DNA from: an uncultured Nitrospiraceae bacterium
GTDB lineage: Bacteria; Nitrospirota; Thermodesulfovibrionia; Thermodesulfovibrionales; Dissulfurispiraceae
NCBI GenBank assembly: GCA_963705105.1
Contig: CAVPIW010000005.1
Span: 480,001 to 544,000, forward strand
Direction: 5' to 3'
Length of the DNA: 64,000 bases
A program made the position numbers and the translations under genes. A model generated the notes under the pieces. The model had not been told where the DNA came from. It ran no database searches and saw only the letters and a list, made by a program, of their open reading frames with translations. Shown piece by piece: positions 51,914-61,925 of this stretch; position 1 is the stretch's first letter, and each line of letters opens with the position of its first letter.

Positions 51914-52490
51914 CGTCCGCCAGCCCCGAATAGCGTGGTGCTCTAAACTGAAGATTAGCTGGGAGCACATCGGTTTGACCTTCATATTGCTCTTGTTCAA
52001 GACGCAATGAAGCCTCACCTACGACTCTTTCGAAGGTTACCATTCCAATTCCAATGCCAAATGGAAGTAAGATATCGAAAGAACCCAAGTTTTTTATTTC
52101 GACGACGATTGTGCGATGCTCAAGGTGGTTACCGTCAATGATTGAAGAGGTGCAATGCACCATAAGACCGAGCCGTGCGAGAGTGCTGCGACCATCTAAC
52201 TTACACATAAGCGTCGGGCTTATCTTGAATGCCTCAATTGTCGAGCCAAGAACAAAATCGCCAGGTTTGAGCTTAATAGGTCCATGATCGAGCATGTGAG
52301 GAACGTGACGCGGCTCAGAAGGTTCTGAACTGCTCAGGTCGACAATCTGGCCTCCTTCCGGAACAAGCAAGCGACTGCTTAAATGCACACGCAGGCCAAA
52401 TGGCCTGAGTTGTTTTTCATCGAATTTAGGAAGGACAGATATTAGCCCTTGGTCAACGAACTCTTTGATAATATCACCTGGAAGAATCAT
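51900..52490 (-). CDS. dCTP deaminase-like protein (paralogue 3)
   Basis: MILPGD, LKPGDFVLG, LDGRSTLARLGLMVH, IVVEIKN, YEGQ. Confidence 0.88.
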   Translation of the reverse strand: MILPGDIIKEFVDQGLISVLPKFDEKQLRPFGLRVHLSSRLLVPEGGQIVDLSSSEPSEPRHVPHMLDHGPIKLKPGDFVLGSTIEAFKISPTLMCKLDGRSTLARLGLMVHCTSSIIDGNHLEHRTIVVEIKNLGSFDILLPFGIGIGMVTFERVVGEASLRLEQEQYEGQTDVLPANLQFRAPRYSGLADDDNF

Positions 52491-53033
52491 TTAAGCCTCC
52501 TTGCTTTTACTCTCTTTACGAAAGTCACGATGTATCTGAGACCCCCACGGCCCCATCGAGCCCTGATACTTCCCAGAATACAACTCAATATCACCTTCGG
52601 GTCTCCAGAATGTAACTTGCCCTATTCGCATGTCGGGGTAAATCCGCACCGGCTGCACCGCATGAAGCTGGAGAGTCCATTGATTGTGCGATCCAATATC
52701 GATAATATCTGCCGTCACGTGGATAAAAAGCCCAAGCCTTGCAGTGGAAGAACGCCCTCTAATTATCGGAACATAGTGGTCACTGCCCATGATTTCCATA
52801 GTATGCCCCAAATAAATCCAGCCTGGCTCCAGCACAAGGCCACTTTCTGAAAAAGGAACTTCAATGGTAGGATTGTCTTTCTTACAATCAAGAATGTAAT
52901 TCTTATAACGCTTGATAATAGGGCCAAGGCGAAAATCATAGCTGTTTGGGCTGATCTGGTCCGGAGTGAAGGGACGAATGTCTATTCGGCTCGAGCCATG
53001 CTCTTTGGCTATTTGCTGTCCCGTAAGAATCAT
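52491..53033 (-). CDS. dCTP deaminase-like protein (paralogue 2)
   Basis: MILTG, PNSYDFRLG, GRSSTARLGLFIH, WTLQL, RIGQVTF, YSGKYQG. Confidence 0.9.
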   Translation of the reverse strand: MILTGQQIAKEHGSSRIDIRPFTPDQISPNSYDFRLGPIIKRYKNYILDCKKDNPTIEVPFSESGLVLEPGWIYLGHTMEIMGSDHYVPIIRGRSSTARLGLFIHVTADIIDIGSHNQWTLQLHAVQPVRIYPDMRIGQVTFWRPEGDIELYSGKYQGSMGPWGSQIHRDFRKESKSKEA

Positions 53034-53577
53034 TGCTTGTCTCTCTTCTTATGCTGGATAGAGTGGTAGTCAATGACAAAGCGACTAGGCGTTGGCAAGC
53101 ATGTGTCTCGGTAACGACCTGAGTAAGTCTCAGCGTTGCCCTCGGGCCGCCAAAAGCTTACTTGCCCTATTCTCATAAGAGGATAAATGCGGAGTGGTTG
53201 AACAACTTTGAGCTCAAGCGTCCAATTATGAACGAGGCCGAGTTGCCCCAAGTCGCTTGATAGCTGCAAAAAAAGTCCAAGGCGCCCAACGATGAGCGGC
53301 CAATTAAAGAAGCGACAAAAACTGGACTGCCTATTTTCTCATAAGTATGACCCAGATAAAGACGCACCGGATGCAGCAAGATACCATCGGTGGGGATATC
53401 CATTGTCTCCCAGTGGCCCTCAATGCGTGGATCAGACAATTCGCTCCGAGGGATGCCAAGCTGCGGACCTAAGCGGTAATTGTAACTGTTTGGATTTGTC
53501 AGGCTACGATCATATGGATCAATAGTTATATTGCCGGAACTGACCTGTTCTTGAATCTCACGGCTGGTTAAAATCAT
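53030..53577 (-). CDS. dCTP deaminase-like protein (paralogue 1), 1-nt frameshift near 53286
   Basis: MILTS, PNSYNYRLG, GRSSLG; adding one G restores RLGLFLQLSSDLG..WTLEL..RIGQVSF..YSGRY. Confidence 0.82.
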
Positions 53578-54151
53578 CGAATAGCTCGTGCAGGAAAGAT
53601 GTCACTTCAGTCTTAAGGTCAGCTAAAGTGCCATTGTTTGTAATTATATGATCCGGCTTGATTGTATCAAGCCCCTGTTCTGTAGGATGTTGTGAAGACT
53701 CGAGACTTATATCGCCACGTGACCTTCTTCGTTCAATACATGTTTCATGCGATGCCTGTATCTTCACCACGATAAATTTTAACTCTGAAATGAACTCATA
53801 GTCTGGCTGCCGCATGTCATCGCACACTATTAAAGAGTTGGAAGATCGGCCATCCATTTCCGCCAGAGTATCCTGCAATTTCTTGTCAAACCGATCAGTT
53901 AAGACTGACGGGTTAATTTTTCTGAGGTGGGAACCAAGGAAATTCAACAACTCACCATCCTGGACATAGAAACTGGCTAATGGTTTTCCCGCGATCTGGT
54001 ATAATGCGTTTTGGCATTCATACAAAGGATCTGCAAGTCGCAACCTCCGCATTATTATCTGCCTATCAGCGCATAGATCAATTAATAATTTGGTGGTGGT
54101 ACTTTTACCAGCACCAGGACTTCCGTATAAAGCAAGCTTCTTGACCGACAA
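53558..54151 (-). CDS. Deoxynucleoside monophosphate kinase-like P-loop protein
   Basis: GSPGAGKST, LADPL, CDDMR, HPTE, IITNNGT, as in phage-type dNMP kinases; RBS aaggaggg before TTG. Confidence 0.8.
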   Translation of the reverse strand: MSVKKLALYGSPGAGKSTTTKLLIDLCADRQIIMRRLRLADPLYECQNALYQIAGKPLASFYVQDGELLNFLGSHLRKINPSVLTDRFDKKLQDTLAEMDGRSSNSLIVCDDMRQPDYEFISELKFIVVKIQASHETCIERRRSRGDISLESSQHPTEQGLDTIKPDHIITNNGTLADLKTEVTSFLHELFDDFNQP

Positions 54152-54349
54152 TAGACCCTCCTTGACGAAACGGTATGGAGTAAGGGGCTAAGTAGCGTTG
54201 TAATATAACTGCAATTTCCTTTTATTTGCAAGAACTAACAAAGACAAAAGATGAACATACAAATATGCATGAAAAGAAACAACAGGGCTTGGCCGAGGCT
54301 TGCTGAAGCGTTGCAGAAGCTCTGCAAGGCGAAGGACAAGCATGGAGGG

Positions 54350-54771
54350 AGCGAAGGCGTGAGCTTGCTTCCATCAGCTCGCGCCATACCTTCCGTAACG
54401 CGTCGTGCGCTGATCTGCCCGCCGATATCCATAACTGCAGTCATTGAATGCAGGTTCATACATGGGTTCCAGCCAGCTCTTCAGCGCCTGCTGACAGACC
54501 GATCCCATACCGCCGGAATGCCGAGAGGTCGCATCTCCTTTGGTTTACCGCGTTTTGGTATCGGCACTCTCCGTACAGGCATCGGTGCATACCGGTCACT
54601 CCTCAGTTCCCCGTGAAGCTTCTCAAGTTCACTGGCCGAGACCGCATCGATGCCCCCCGCGCCGTGGTTCTCCTTCACCTTCTTCCAGACCAGGTGCAGA
54701 TTACTCGGCTTGTACACCTTGTCAATCAGCAAGTGTACCTTCTTCCGCTTGATCGCGCTTACTTGCTCCAT
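54350..54771 (-). pseudogene. Group II intron reverse transcriptase N-terminal fragment
   Basis: LIDKVY, WKKVKENHGAGGID, PVRRVPIPK, RPLGIP..DR; frameshifted EP.F..CSYGYR; truncated before YADD. Confidence 0.88.
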
Positions 54772-56857
54772 CGTCGCCAGTTTCCTCTGATGCAGGCTCC
54801 AGGTCTTTCTCTCAGGGAACTATCCTTCGCCTACACCCTACTTGACAAGGTTCAACACATCGTTTACTTATTTTAGGTTCAAGAGATCGTTTACTATCGC
54901 TCTTTGACAATGATGTAGCCACAGCCGATTTAATCATGAACATCTGTTTTGCGGAGGTGTTCATGAAGAAGACTCTCCTGAAGCAACGGGTATCGGCAGT
55001 ACAGCGATACCTCAAAGGGGAAAGTCCCAAAGTATCTGCTCTTCATTGAGAAAGACAAAGCCGTGGCTGTACAAATGGATAGCTCGGTATATCCCAGATG
55101 ATCCAACATGGTTTGAAGACCAGTCCCGGCGACCCCTTACAAGCCGATCCCGGACGCCTACGGAAATTGAAAAGATCGTGGAGATGGTTCGGTTAAGCCT
55201 GTACAATAAGGGACTGTTTTGCGGCAAGCAGGCTATCCAATGGGAAATGATTGACATGGAGATTCAACCGCTCCCTTCCCTAAGCACGAGAGGTCGTATC
55301 TTGCGCCGTCTCGAATTGAGTCATCGACGGACCGGGAGATATGAGCCCAAGGGCAAGAAGTATCGGCTGAACTCTCGTCCGCAGTTCCAAATCAGAGACG
55401 CACCTTATGCTGATGCTGATTGGTCCCATGTGTAGTCTCTCCGGCCAACCTCCTTGTAACCCGGAAGCCTTGATCCGCACTAACGGTGTGAGAAGAGTCG
55501 AGACATTCTGGTCGCGGCGCAAAGCGTTGTGGATGCTGTTTACGCAATTTGGCTGCGGATGGGAATCCCGGAGAATCTTCAAGTGGACAACGAATGGGCC
55601 TTCTTTGGAAGTCCGGTGCACCGCGAGGCATGGGTGCCTCATCGCTTGGGGTTCGTTACGCGTCACGACGGTCCAGTCCACGCGCAGCCTGGAGAAACGG
55701 GATCGTCGAGAAGTTCAATGATCATTATGAGCAGAAGTTTCTCGCCAAGGTCATGATTCCCTCAAGGACGCAGCTTCACCAAGAATCGCTTGAATTCGAG
55801 CATAGGCACAACAGCACCTATCGCTATAGCAAGATGAAGAGGAAAACTCCTCTGAAAGCATAGGCTGACACAGAAAGGAAATTAATCTTCCCAAGCAAGA
55901 GCGATACCCCGAGACATCCCTTGGATAAGCCGGAAGAGGGATACTACCACTTCGTGCGATTCATTCGAGGCAACTGCCGGCTAAACATCTTCGGCGAAAT
56001 GTTTCTTACTCCCCCGCAAAGCCAGTACGAATACTCTGTGCTACCTGTCGTAATTGTCACAGATCAAAAGCGCAGCTCTTGCTGGACATGACAGATCGAA
56101 GAAGACAAATATCAGCTGCGATAATTGTTGATACCGGTCACGGCATCGTGAAGCATATCGACTCTAAATGAGTAAACGATGTCGTGACCCTTTCTTGAGT
56201 AAACGATGTCCTGAACTTTATCACCTACTCACTGCTTCCTTTGGATCTTTCAGACTCAGTTGAGTGAATCGCCTTCCCCTGGCACGTCACCGTTTGGATG
56301 ATGGCAAGCTGCCCCTTCCCGGACAGTCCCGACGTTACTGCTGTTCGCCGGTTCAAGTACAATAGGCTCTTCCGATTCCTCGCACCGCTACAGCGCCGAT
56401 TTCGGGGTTGCCTTATAGAACGCCTTACTTGACCACTATGCTTGTCTGATAAGGACGGCTATGCATAGCAACCACCATCCCGGCTATTCATAACCACCGG
56501 CCCTTGCACGGCGCCCTCGTCAAGACGATACGAGGTCTCCGTGGGTCACCTGACTGTATTCCCTATCAGGCCGCCCGCACACACCTTGGTACGACGGTTG
56601 GATTAGAACGCCTTCGCCTCCATAGTGCAGGCTCAACCTCGTCCCGTCTTTGGCCGACCGGTTCATCGCTGGGGCAGCCCCCATCGATTACGGCCTGGTA
56701 GTTCTCCACAAGCCCTTCTGATTCCACCTCGCGGTGGACACCCTGCCCTCCGGGTCTCGCCCAGCCCCCGAGACATTACTCCCGGGTTCGGATATGAGTC
56801 CCCTAATCTGAGACTCAGTGGGACTTGAACCCACCTGACAGCCACGCTGCCACGCAC
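54772..56857 (-). mobile_element. Group II intron 2, 5' ribozyme region leading into the RT fragment; interrupted by IS481
   Basis: Starts GTGCG at 56857 (gtgcgtggcagcgtggctgtcaggtgggttcaagtccc); contiguous with the RT ORF once the IS is removed. Confidence 0.7.
54843..56223 (+). mobile_element. IS481-like element with frameshifted transposase
   Basis: TIR tgacaaggttcaacacatcgtttact / tgataaagttcaggacatcgtttact with internal repeats; 6-bp TSD cctact (54837-42, 56224-29); HTH and rve fragments (LQVDN, WRNGIVEKFN). Confidence 0.85.
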
Positions 56858-57250
56858 ACTATGGAACTGTCCGACTGCCTGCCCCCGTGCATCACCGGAT
56901 TATGGACTCCTCCTTCCCGGTGCGTTCCTCCGTACCCGGAGAAAAGACACAGGCTCTCCCGGTTCTCGCCATGAAATTTCGATACATGCAAGGGATCTCT
57001 GAACGCGCTGGGTCAGACATGTGCTCGCCCTTTCGCTCATGCCCGCATTGCCTTCCGCTTTCGTTGACAGCGTCGGCACCCTGGACTTACGCTTTTCGCG
57101 GCTCAATACCCTGCCAGTGTATTTGGCTTTGTCGGATTGCTTCGTCTATCCCCTTACGAGCACCTAGTCCTGACTCGGGGCCGTTGTGTTTGTCTGCACC
57201 ATAAAGTGAGGCTCTTGTATTCCAACTACAGGCCGATTTATCCGGCGCTC
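56858..57250 (-). mobile_element. Group II intron 1, 5' remnant (domain I region)
   Basis: gagcgccggataaatcgg...ggccccgagtc...tattgagccgcgaaa...gccgacgctgt...gcggaaggcaa...gagaaccgggag...agtcggacagttccatagt, motifs typical of bacterial group II introns. Confidence 0.65.
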
Positions 57251-57402
57251 CAACGATAAGGTAAGGTGATTAGACGGCAATTGACAAAACATCAACGACA
57301 TTTTACGATTTGTCCAGTAAGTGGCGGCGATGGTGGGGCAGGGGACAATGTTACAGATGCCTCGGTAACGGCCTCCTGTGATTGTCCTTCAGTCTGCAAC
57401 CT

Positions 57403-59034
57403 CTACTTCTTAGCACCATACCCAGATAGGCGCTTCCAGTAGGCGGCATCAACTCTCAGGTGCGTGAGCCGCGCCGGGTCTATCCACCTGAGGAATGAGG
57501 ATGCGGTCTTCCAGTTGCCAGCGAAGTTGCGCGTGTGAATGAGTGTGCATTTCTTGCGCGTGCGGGTTAACCCAACGATGAACTTGCAGATTTCGAGATC
57601 CTTGATTGAGGTGGGGTCGTGTGGCAATGCTACGTCATGTAGCCCGGCAATGAACACATGCTGCGCCGAAAAACCCTGGGAACCTTCGAAGGATGTCACC
57701 TTGATTGTCGGCCGAATCTCTGCATCGGCTTCGAGGGCCATCTGCTCAGCTCGGTCGTCCGGTTCACACCCCTCAGCCTGCGATACGACCTCAGCTTTGT
57801 AGTCACCAGGAATGACATCTTTCAAGGGAATGCAATTGTCCGCAGTGGCTCGAAAAGCGTCGCCGAGGAATGCGGGCTTGTCTGTTCCGAGCACGATCTG
57901 CCATGCGAGATTGGATCGAGAGTTTGCCTTGAGAATAGACGAACCTATGTCCCGGGTGCCGAGCCCTCAGAGTCACGCTGGGTCAACTCATGCCCGCACC
58001 CTCGAGGTATTGGACGACTTGATCTCGGTAGGGCTGCGCTACGATGACGAGCGCCGTTGGATAGCCCTTTTCCAGCGATTCCCGAATCTCGTCCTGCGGA
58101 ATCCTGCTGATTGCCTCTGCGATGAGTGCCCCATGTAGTTCGATCACGCCGTTGAACGGAAGTCTCATTCTCTTCAATCAGGAGTACTTCGCGCTCTCGA
58201 CGCCATTCGCTGGCGGGAAGTGCTTGTATGGCTTATCAATTCGCCCAGGGAGCCGTTCAAGCTGCTTCGCCCTGGTAATGATGTCGTTCACCGCATCGAC
58301 GACCACCTTGGGACACGCTTGCAGAAAGGGAGCACCTCAACCTCTAATCCGAGCGCCACGCGGCAATACGACAGCAACTCGCCGATACCAGGAGGATAGA
58401 GCTTCAGAATCTCTTGCCTCGAGGATCACTAGCGAGTGCGTCTATAATCCGCTTCCAGGGCATTGAAGTCTTGGTACTCATCGATGAGAACCAGTTGAAA
58501 CGAGTCAACCGTAGCATACCCAGCTGACAGTCCCCGGTATGCGCGAAAGACGGTATCATCGAAGTCGACGGCATCGTAGTAGACACCTCGGTCAAGATAC
58601 CACTGAGTGTCCTCGTCATGTCGCAGGGCGCGCATCTTGCCGACGAACAGGGGCGCGCCAACGCCCCTGATGAGCTCGAAATCGTCTGCAATCAGACTTG
58701 CGAGTCCGGGGCAACATGTGAACTCTTCGGAGAGCGGCTCCCTGAGTAGCGCGTGCCGATGAAGCAGACCGAGACCATAGGAATGGAGGGTGTAGACCTG
58801 AGCGAAGTCCCCGAGATCGGCTTCAAGGTCGTTCCTGAGATTGTTGATGAAGGTCAAAACAACTCGCTCCTCATGTCCGCCCGGAGCCAATTCTATCATG
58901 CGCTTGAAGAGCGTTGTCTTCCCAGTCCCAGGGCCTGCGATCACAAGCTTTTTGGCGCTCGACGAGGCCAATACACCCTCTATCGCCGCCCGGAGTTCGG
59001 CCTCTTCAGCCGAGTAGTAGTCTTCTTTCGTCAC
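57403..59034 (-). pseudogene. UvrD/Rep-like SF1 helicase (GajB-like size), multiple frameshifts
   Basis: AGPGTGKT, VLTF.N, TLHS, LIDEYQD; C-terminal TSFEGSQG..HVFI and IVGLTRTRK. Confidence 0.8.
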
Positions 59035-59332
59035 TAACCCCTTTCGCTGACGGCGTTCGCTCTAACATTATATCTAATATAGTGACAGCCTTCCTCCACA
59101 TGATAGCCAATAACAGGGAGGGCGTCAAGCTCCTAAAGCAGCGAAACCCTGGATTCTTGGTCCTAAGAAATAGTGTCCCGTATCAATCAGACAACTTCTA
59201 TTTGGTAACGATGGACTTCTTCGGGAATCCGCGCTCTTGCTGAAGTGGCCCCGGACGAGACTTGCAGGTGACATCTTGCCTCCAGGTATTGATGCGTTCA
59301 CATCTGCAAAACAGGTTGTAGCAGGCTACGAC

Positions 59333-60076
59333 CTAAAATATGACCTGGCAGGGAATCCCTTCCTTTGCAAATGCGGTCCGTAATTCCTCTGCCTTCCGCT
59401 GAAAGAATTCGTCTTCCATAGCCCATTGCAGCCCGTATTTCTTATATGCCCAATCTGCGTAATGATAATTCAGCCTGTCGATGAGGACATGGTCGACCTT
59501 GCCCTTCAGCCCCTGTACGAGCCCCTCGGCGCCCGGAAGGACAGGCGCGATCATGGCGAAGGTCCTGATCCCCTCTGAGTGAAGCTTTCCCAGCGAGTCG
59601 ATTCTCTTCATCGACGGCGGCGCCCCCGGCTCGAAGATCTTCCGTATTTTCTCATCGGCGGTCGTTATGGTGAAGCCGACCTCGGCATCGCTTGATCTCT
59701 TGAGAATCTCAATATCCCTGAGAACGAGAGGGGACTTGGTCTGAATGGTGCAGGGCCAGCCGTTCTCCACGAGGATATCAAGACACCTCTTCGTGACGAG
59801 ATACTTCCTTTCCAGGGGTTGATAGGGATCGCAGACGCCGCTTATCCATACCCTCCCGACCCTTTTCCTTCTCACCTCGGCAGCCAGAAGCTCAGGGGCG
59901 TTTATCTTGACATCGACAAACTCTCCCCATGGTTCCCTGTGGCCGGTAAAACGCTTCATAAACTTGGCATAGCAGTACACGCACGCATGCCGGCAGCCCA
60001 CATAAGGATTCAAGGCGTACTCATAAACCTGCGATTTGGACAGTATGCTCTTTGCTTGTATCTCCCTGATCTTCAT
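59333..60076 (-). CDS. Radical SAM protein (SPL/Rv2578c-like family)
   Basis: NPYVGCRHACVYCYA, DPYQPLE, TKS, FEPGAP. Confidence 0.9.
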   Translation of the reverse strand: MKIREIQAKSILSKSQVYEYALNPYVGCRHACVYCYAKFMKRFTGHREPWGEFVDVKINAPELLAAEVRRKRVGRVWISGVCDPYQPLERKYLVTKRCLDILVENGWPCTIQTKSPLVLRDIEILKRSSDAEVGFTITTADEKIRKIFEPGAPPSMKRIDSLGKLHSEGIRTFAMIAPVLPGAEGLVQGLKGKVDHVLIDRLNYHYADWAYKKYGLQWAMEDEFFQRKAEELRTAFAKEGIPCQVIF

Positions 60077-60121
60077 ATCCTGAAGTCTCTCACGATGCCG
60101 GAATCAGTCACAGCAGCCTGA

Positions 60122-60232
60122 ACCTTATCGTTGCAATACACTCCCGGGAAAGGCGGGGCTGGGGTGAATGCGCCGAAAACCTTGCTGCGGCGACTCCTGT
60201 ATCGTGACAGAAGACGAGGCATACGCCGATGT
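60122..60232 (+). repeat. MITE-like family, copy G (partial)
   Basis: accttatcgttgcaatacactcccgggaaaggcgggg..gcgccgaaaaccttgctgcggcga. Confidence 0.8.
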
Positions 60233-60287
60233 CAGGAAAATTGGACATCTTTTCCGACACTGACACTGTTTTCAGACCGCTTCGCAG

Positions 60288-60575
60288 TTATTCTACCTCG
60301 TGAGGCCATTTCCTCGAGGCATGAAGCACGCGCAGTATCTCGACAGTGTCGTTCTTCACGCGGTAGGGGATAATATAAGGCAAGGCGGATAAAACAAGCT
60401 CCCGTGTTCCCTCTATCCTGCCGGGCCGCCCGGAGTCCGGATATTCTGCAAGGACATCAACGCTTTGCCTGATAAGAACGGCTACCTTGGCTGCAGCCTG
60501 CGGCTTGTCCGAGGCGATATATTTCCTGATCTGAATGAGATCGGTGACGGCGTCGTCGAGCCAGCTTATCCGCAC
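60288..60575 (-). CDS. Type II TA toxin, RelE/ParE family
   Basis: W...A..DL..I..YI..D.P.AA, GRPGRIEGTREL, YIIPYRV, ILRVLH. Confidence 0.92.
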   Translation of the reverse strand: MRISWLDDAVTDLIQIRKYIASDKPQAAAKVAVLIRQSVDVLAEYPDSGRPGRIEGTRELVLSALPYIIPYRVKNDTVEILRVLHASRKWPHEVE

Positions 60576-60835
60576 TGCGGGGGCTCCTTCTCATTTTCCG
60601 CCCCCCATGTATCGAGCCATGCCGAAACATCCTCATGGGAGGCGAACCTCGCGCCGGGACTGTCAGCCCTGTTGACGGCTTTCCTTATGGTCCTCACCTG
60701 CCATTCGTTCTGTTCGAGGTAATCCTGAATGGCAAGTGTGACAATGTATGTTTTTGAACGTGAAACAGCCTCCGCCAGGCGTTCGAGTCTCTCCTTAGTC
60801 TCCTCATCGATGCGTATTGTTAATGTCGTGCTCAT
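60566..60835 (-). CDS. Type II TA antitoxin, CopG/RHH family
   Basis: MSTTLTIRID..KERLERLA..RSK; overlaps the toxin start. Confidence 0.9.
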   Translation of the reverse strand: MSTTLTIRIDEETKERLERLAEAVSRSKTYIVTLAIQDYLEQNEWQVRTIRKAVNRADSPGARFASHEDVSAWLDTWGAENEKEPPQCG

Positions 60836-60946
60836 TGCGCACACCTCCGTAACACAATATAACACAATGCAAAACAAAAGCGGAATTGAGGATGCAAGTC
60901 TCAGCCACTTGCTATTGAAATATTACCGTTTTCTCCCGTTATGCAA

Positions 60947-61567
60947 TCATACCTGAAAGGCATTCTTTTCCCTGTACACGAACATCGTGAAGTCGTAGGC
61001 CATGCGGTCGTGACGGAGCGAGACGAAGGGGGAGAGGTTCTTGACGGTAAAGGTGAATAACTCCTCGGGTGACGTGTAGTTGAGCTCGAAGTCCTTCTTC
61101 GGATTGAGCGCTGACAGGGCATTGAAAGCGAGCCCGATCCTGCAGCGCCGGAAGAGTTGCACGAGCGCTCTCCTGATCAGGTCATCGACGCCCTCGACTT
61201 TGAGGTTGAAGACCCCGCAGAGGAGGATGTAATCGAAGTCCTCAGTCAGATCGTCTCTGTCGATGTCGAAGACCCTGAAGTCCACTCCGGGGAACTTGCT
61301 CTTTGCGAGGTCGATGAGCTTTTCGTTGATATCATATCCGGTATAGTCGACGCTGATGTCCCGCTCATCAAGAAAGGCGTAAAGGTCGCCCTTCCCGCAG
61401 CCGAAGTCGAGGATCTTCGATCCGCTGATGTCCCCTATGTCGAGCAGCGCCTGATAGTGCTCCCGCTGCCCCTTTGACGTCCACCGCACCGCCTCGGGCC
61501 TGTCGCCGTGGAGCATGAGGTTTTTATCGAAAAAAGATATTACGTATTCCTTTGAAAGATCATCCAT
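60947..61567 (-). CDS. Class I SAM-dependent methyltransferase
   Basis: ILDFGCGKGD, YTGYDI, FDY. Confidence 0.88.
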   Translation of the reverse strand: MDDLSKEYVISFFDKNLMLHGDRPEAVRWTSKGQREHYQALLDIGDISGSKILDFGCGKGDLYAFLDERDISVDYTGYDINEKLIDLAKSKFPGVDFRVFDIDRDDLTEDFDYILLCGVFNLKVEGVDDLIRRALVQLFRRCRIGLAFNALSALNPKKDFELNYTSPEELFTFTVKNLSPFVSLRHDRMAYDFTMFVYREKNAFQV

Positions 61568-61602
61568 ATGACACCCCCTTGCCACATCATTATGGCAAAT
61601 GG

Positions 61603-61892
61603 ACCTTATCGTTGCAATATACCCCCGGGGAGAGGCGGGGCGTATGCGCCGAAAACCTTGCTGCGGCGACTCCTGTATAGAAAGGAAAGACGAACTATAA
61701 ACCAATGATCGATGACACAAAAAGTGGATTCCTGTAGGGGCCGTTCCCCGAACGGCCCGACATGAATGACGCTTCCCATACGGATCATTTCAGGCAAAGG
61801 GCTGAACAAAATAAACCTTTTACGGACACTCACACTGACACTGACACTGTTTTTCAGAGCGCGTCGCCCCGCCTTTCTATGCAACTACAAGG
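61603..61892 (+). repeat. MITE-like family, copy H (with interior insert)
   Basis: accttatcgttgcaata...ggcggggcgtatgcgccgaaaaccttgctgcggcga ... gccccgcctttctatgcaactacaagg. Confidence 0.82.
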
Positions 61893-61925
61893 CAGACCAG
61901 CAATCGTGAAACCCTGCCGTTCTTA

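Noticed and set aside
53270..53290. Programmed frameshift at the T run in dcd paralogue 1
   Set aside because: Homology (RSSLGRLGLF) places the frame break in the G run upstream of the T run, which fits a single-base deletion
54350..54771. RT next to the dcd operon as a retron, DGR or defence RT
   Set aside because: Motifs and upstream RNA are of group II intron type; the ORF is truncated before the catalytic YADD
57403..59300. Complete Gabija system
   Set aside because: No GajA-like OLD nuclease nearby and the helicase is broken
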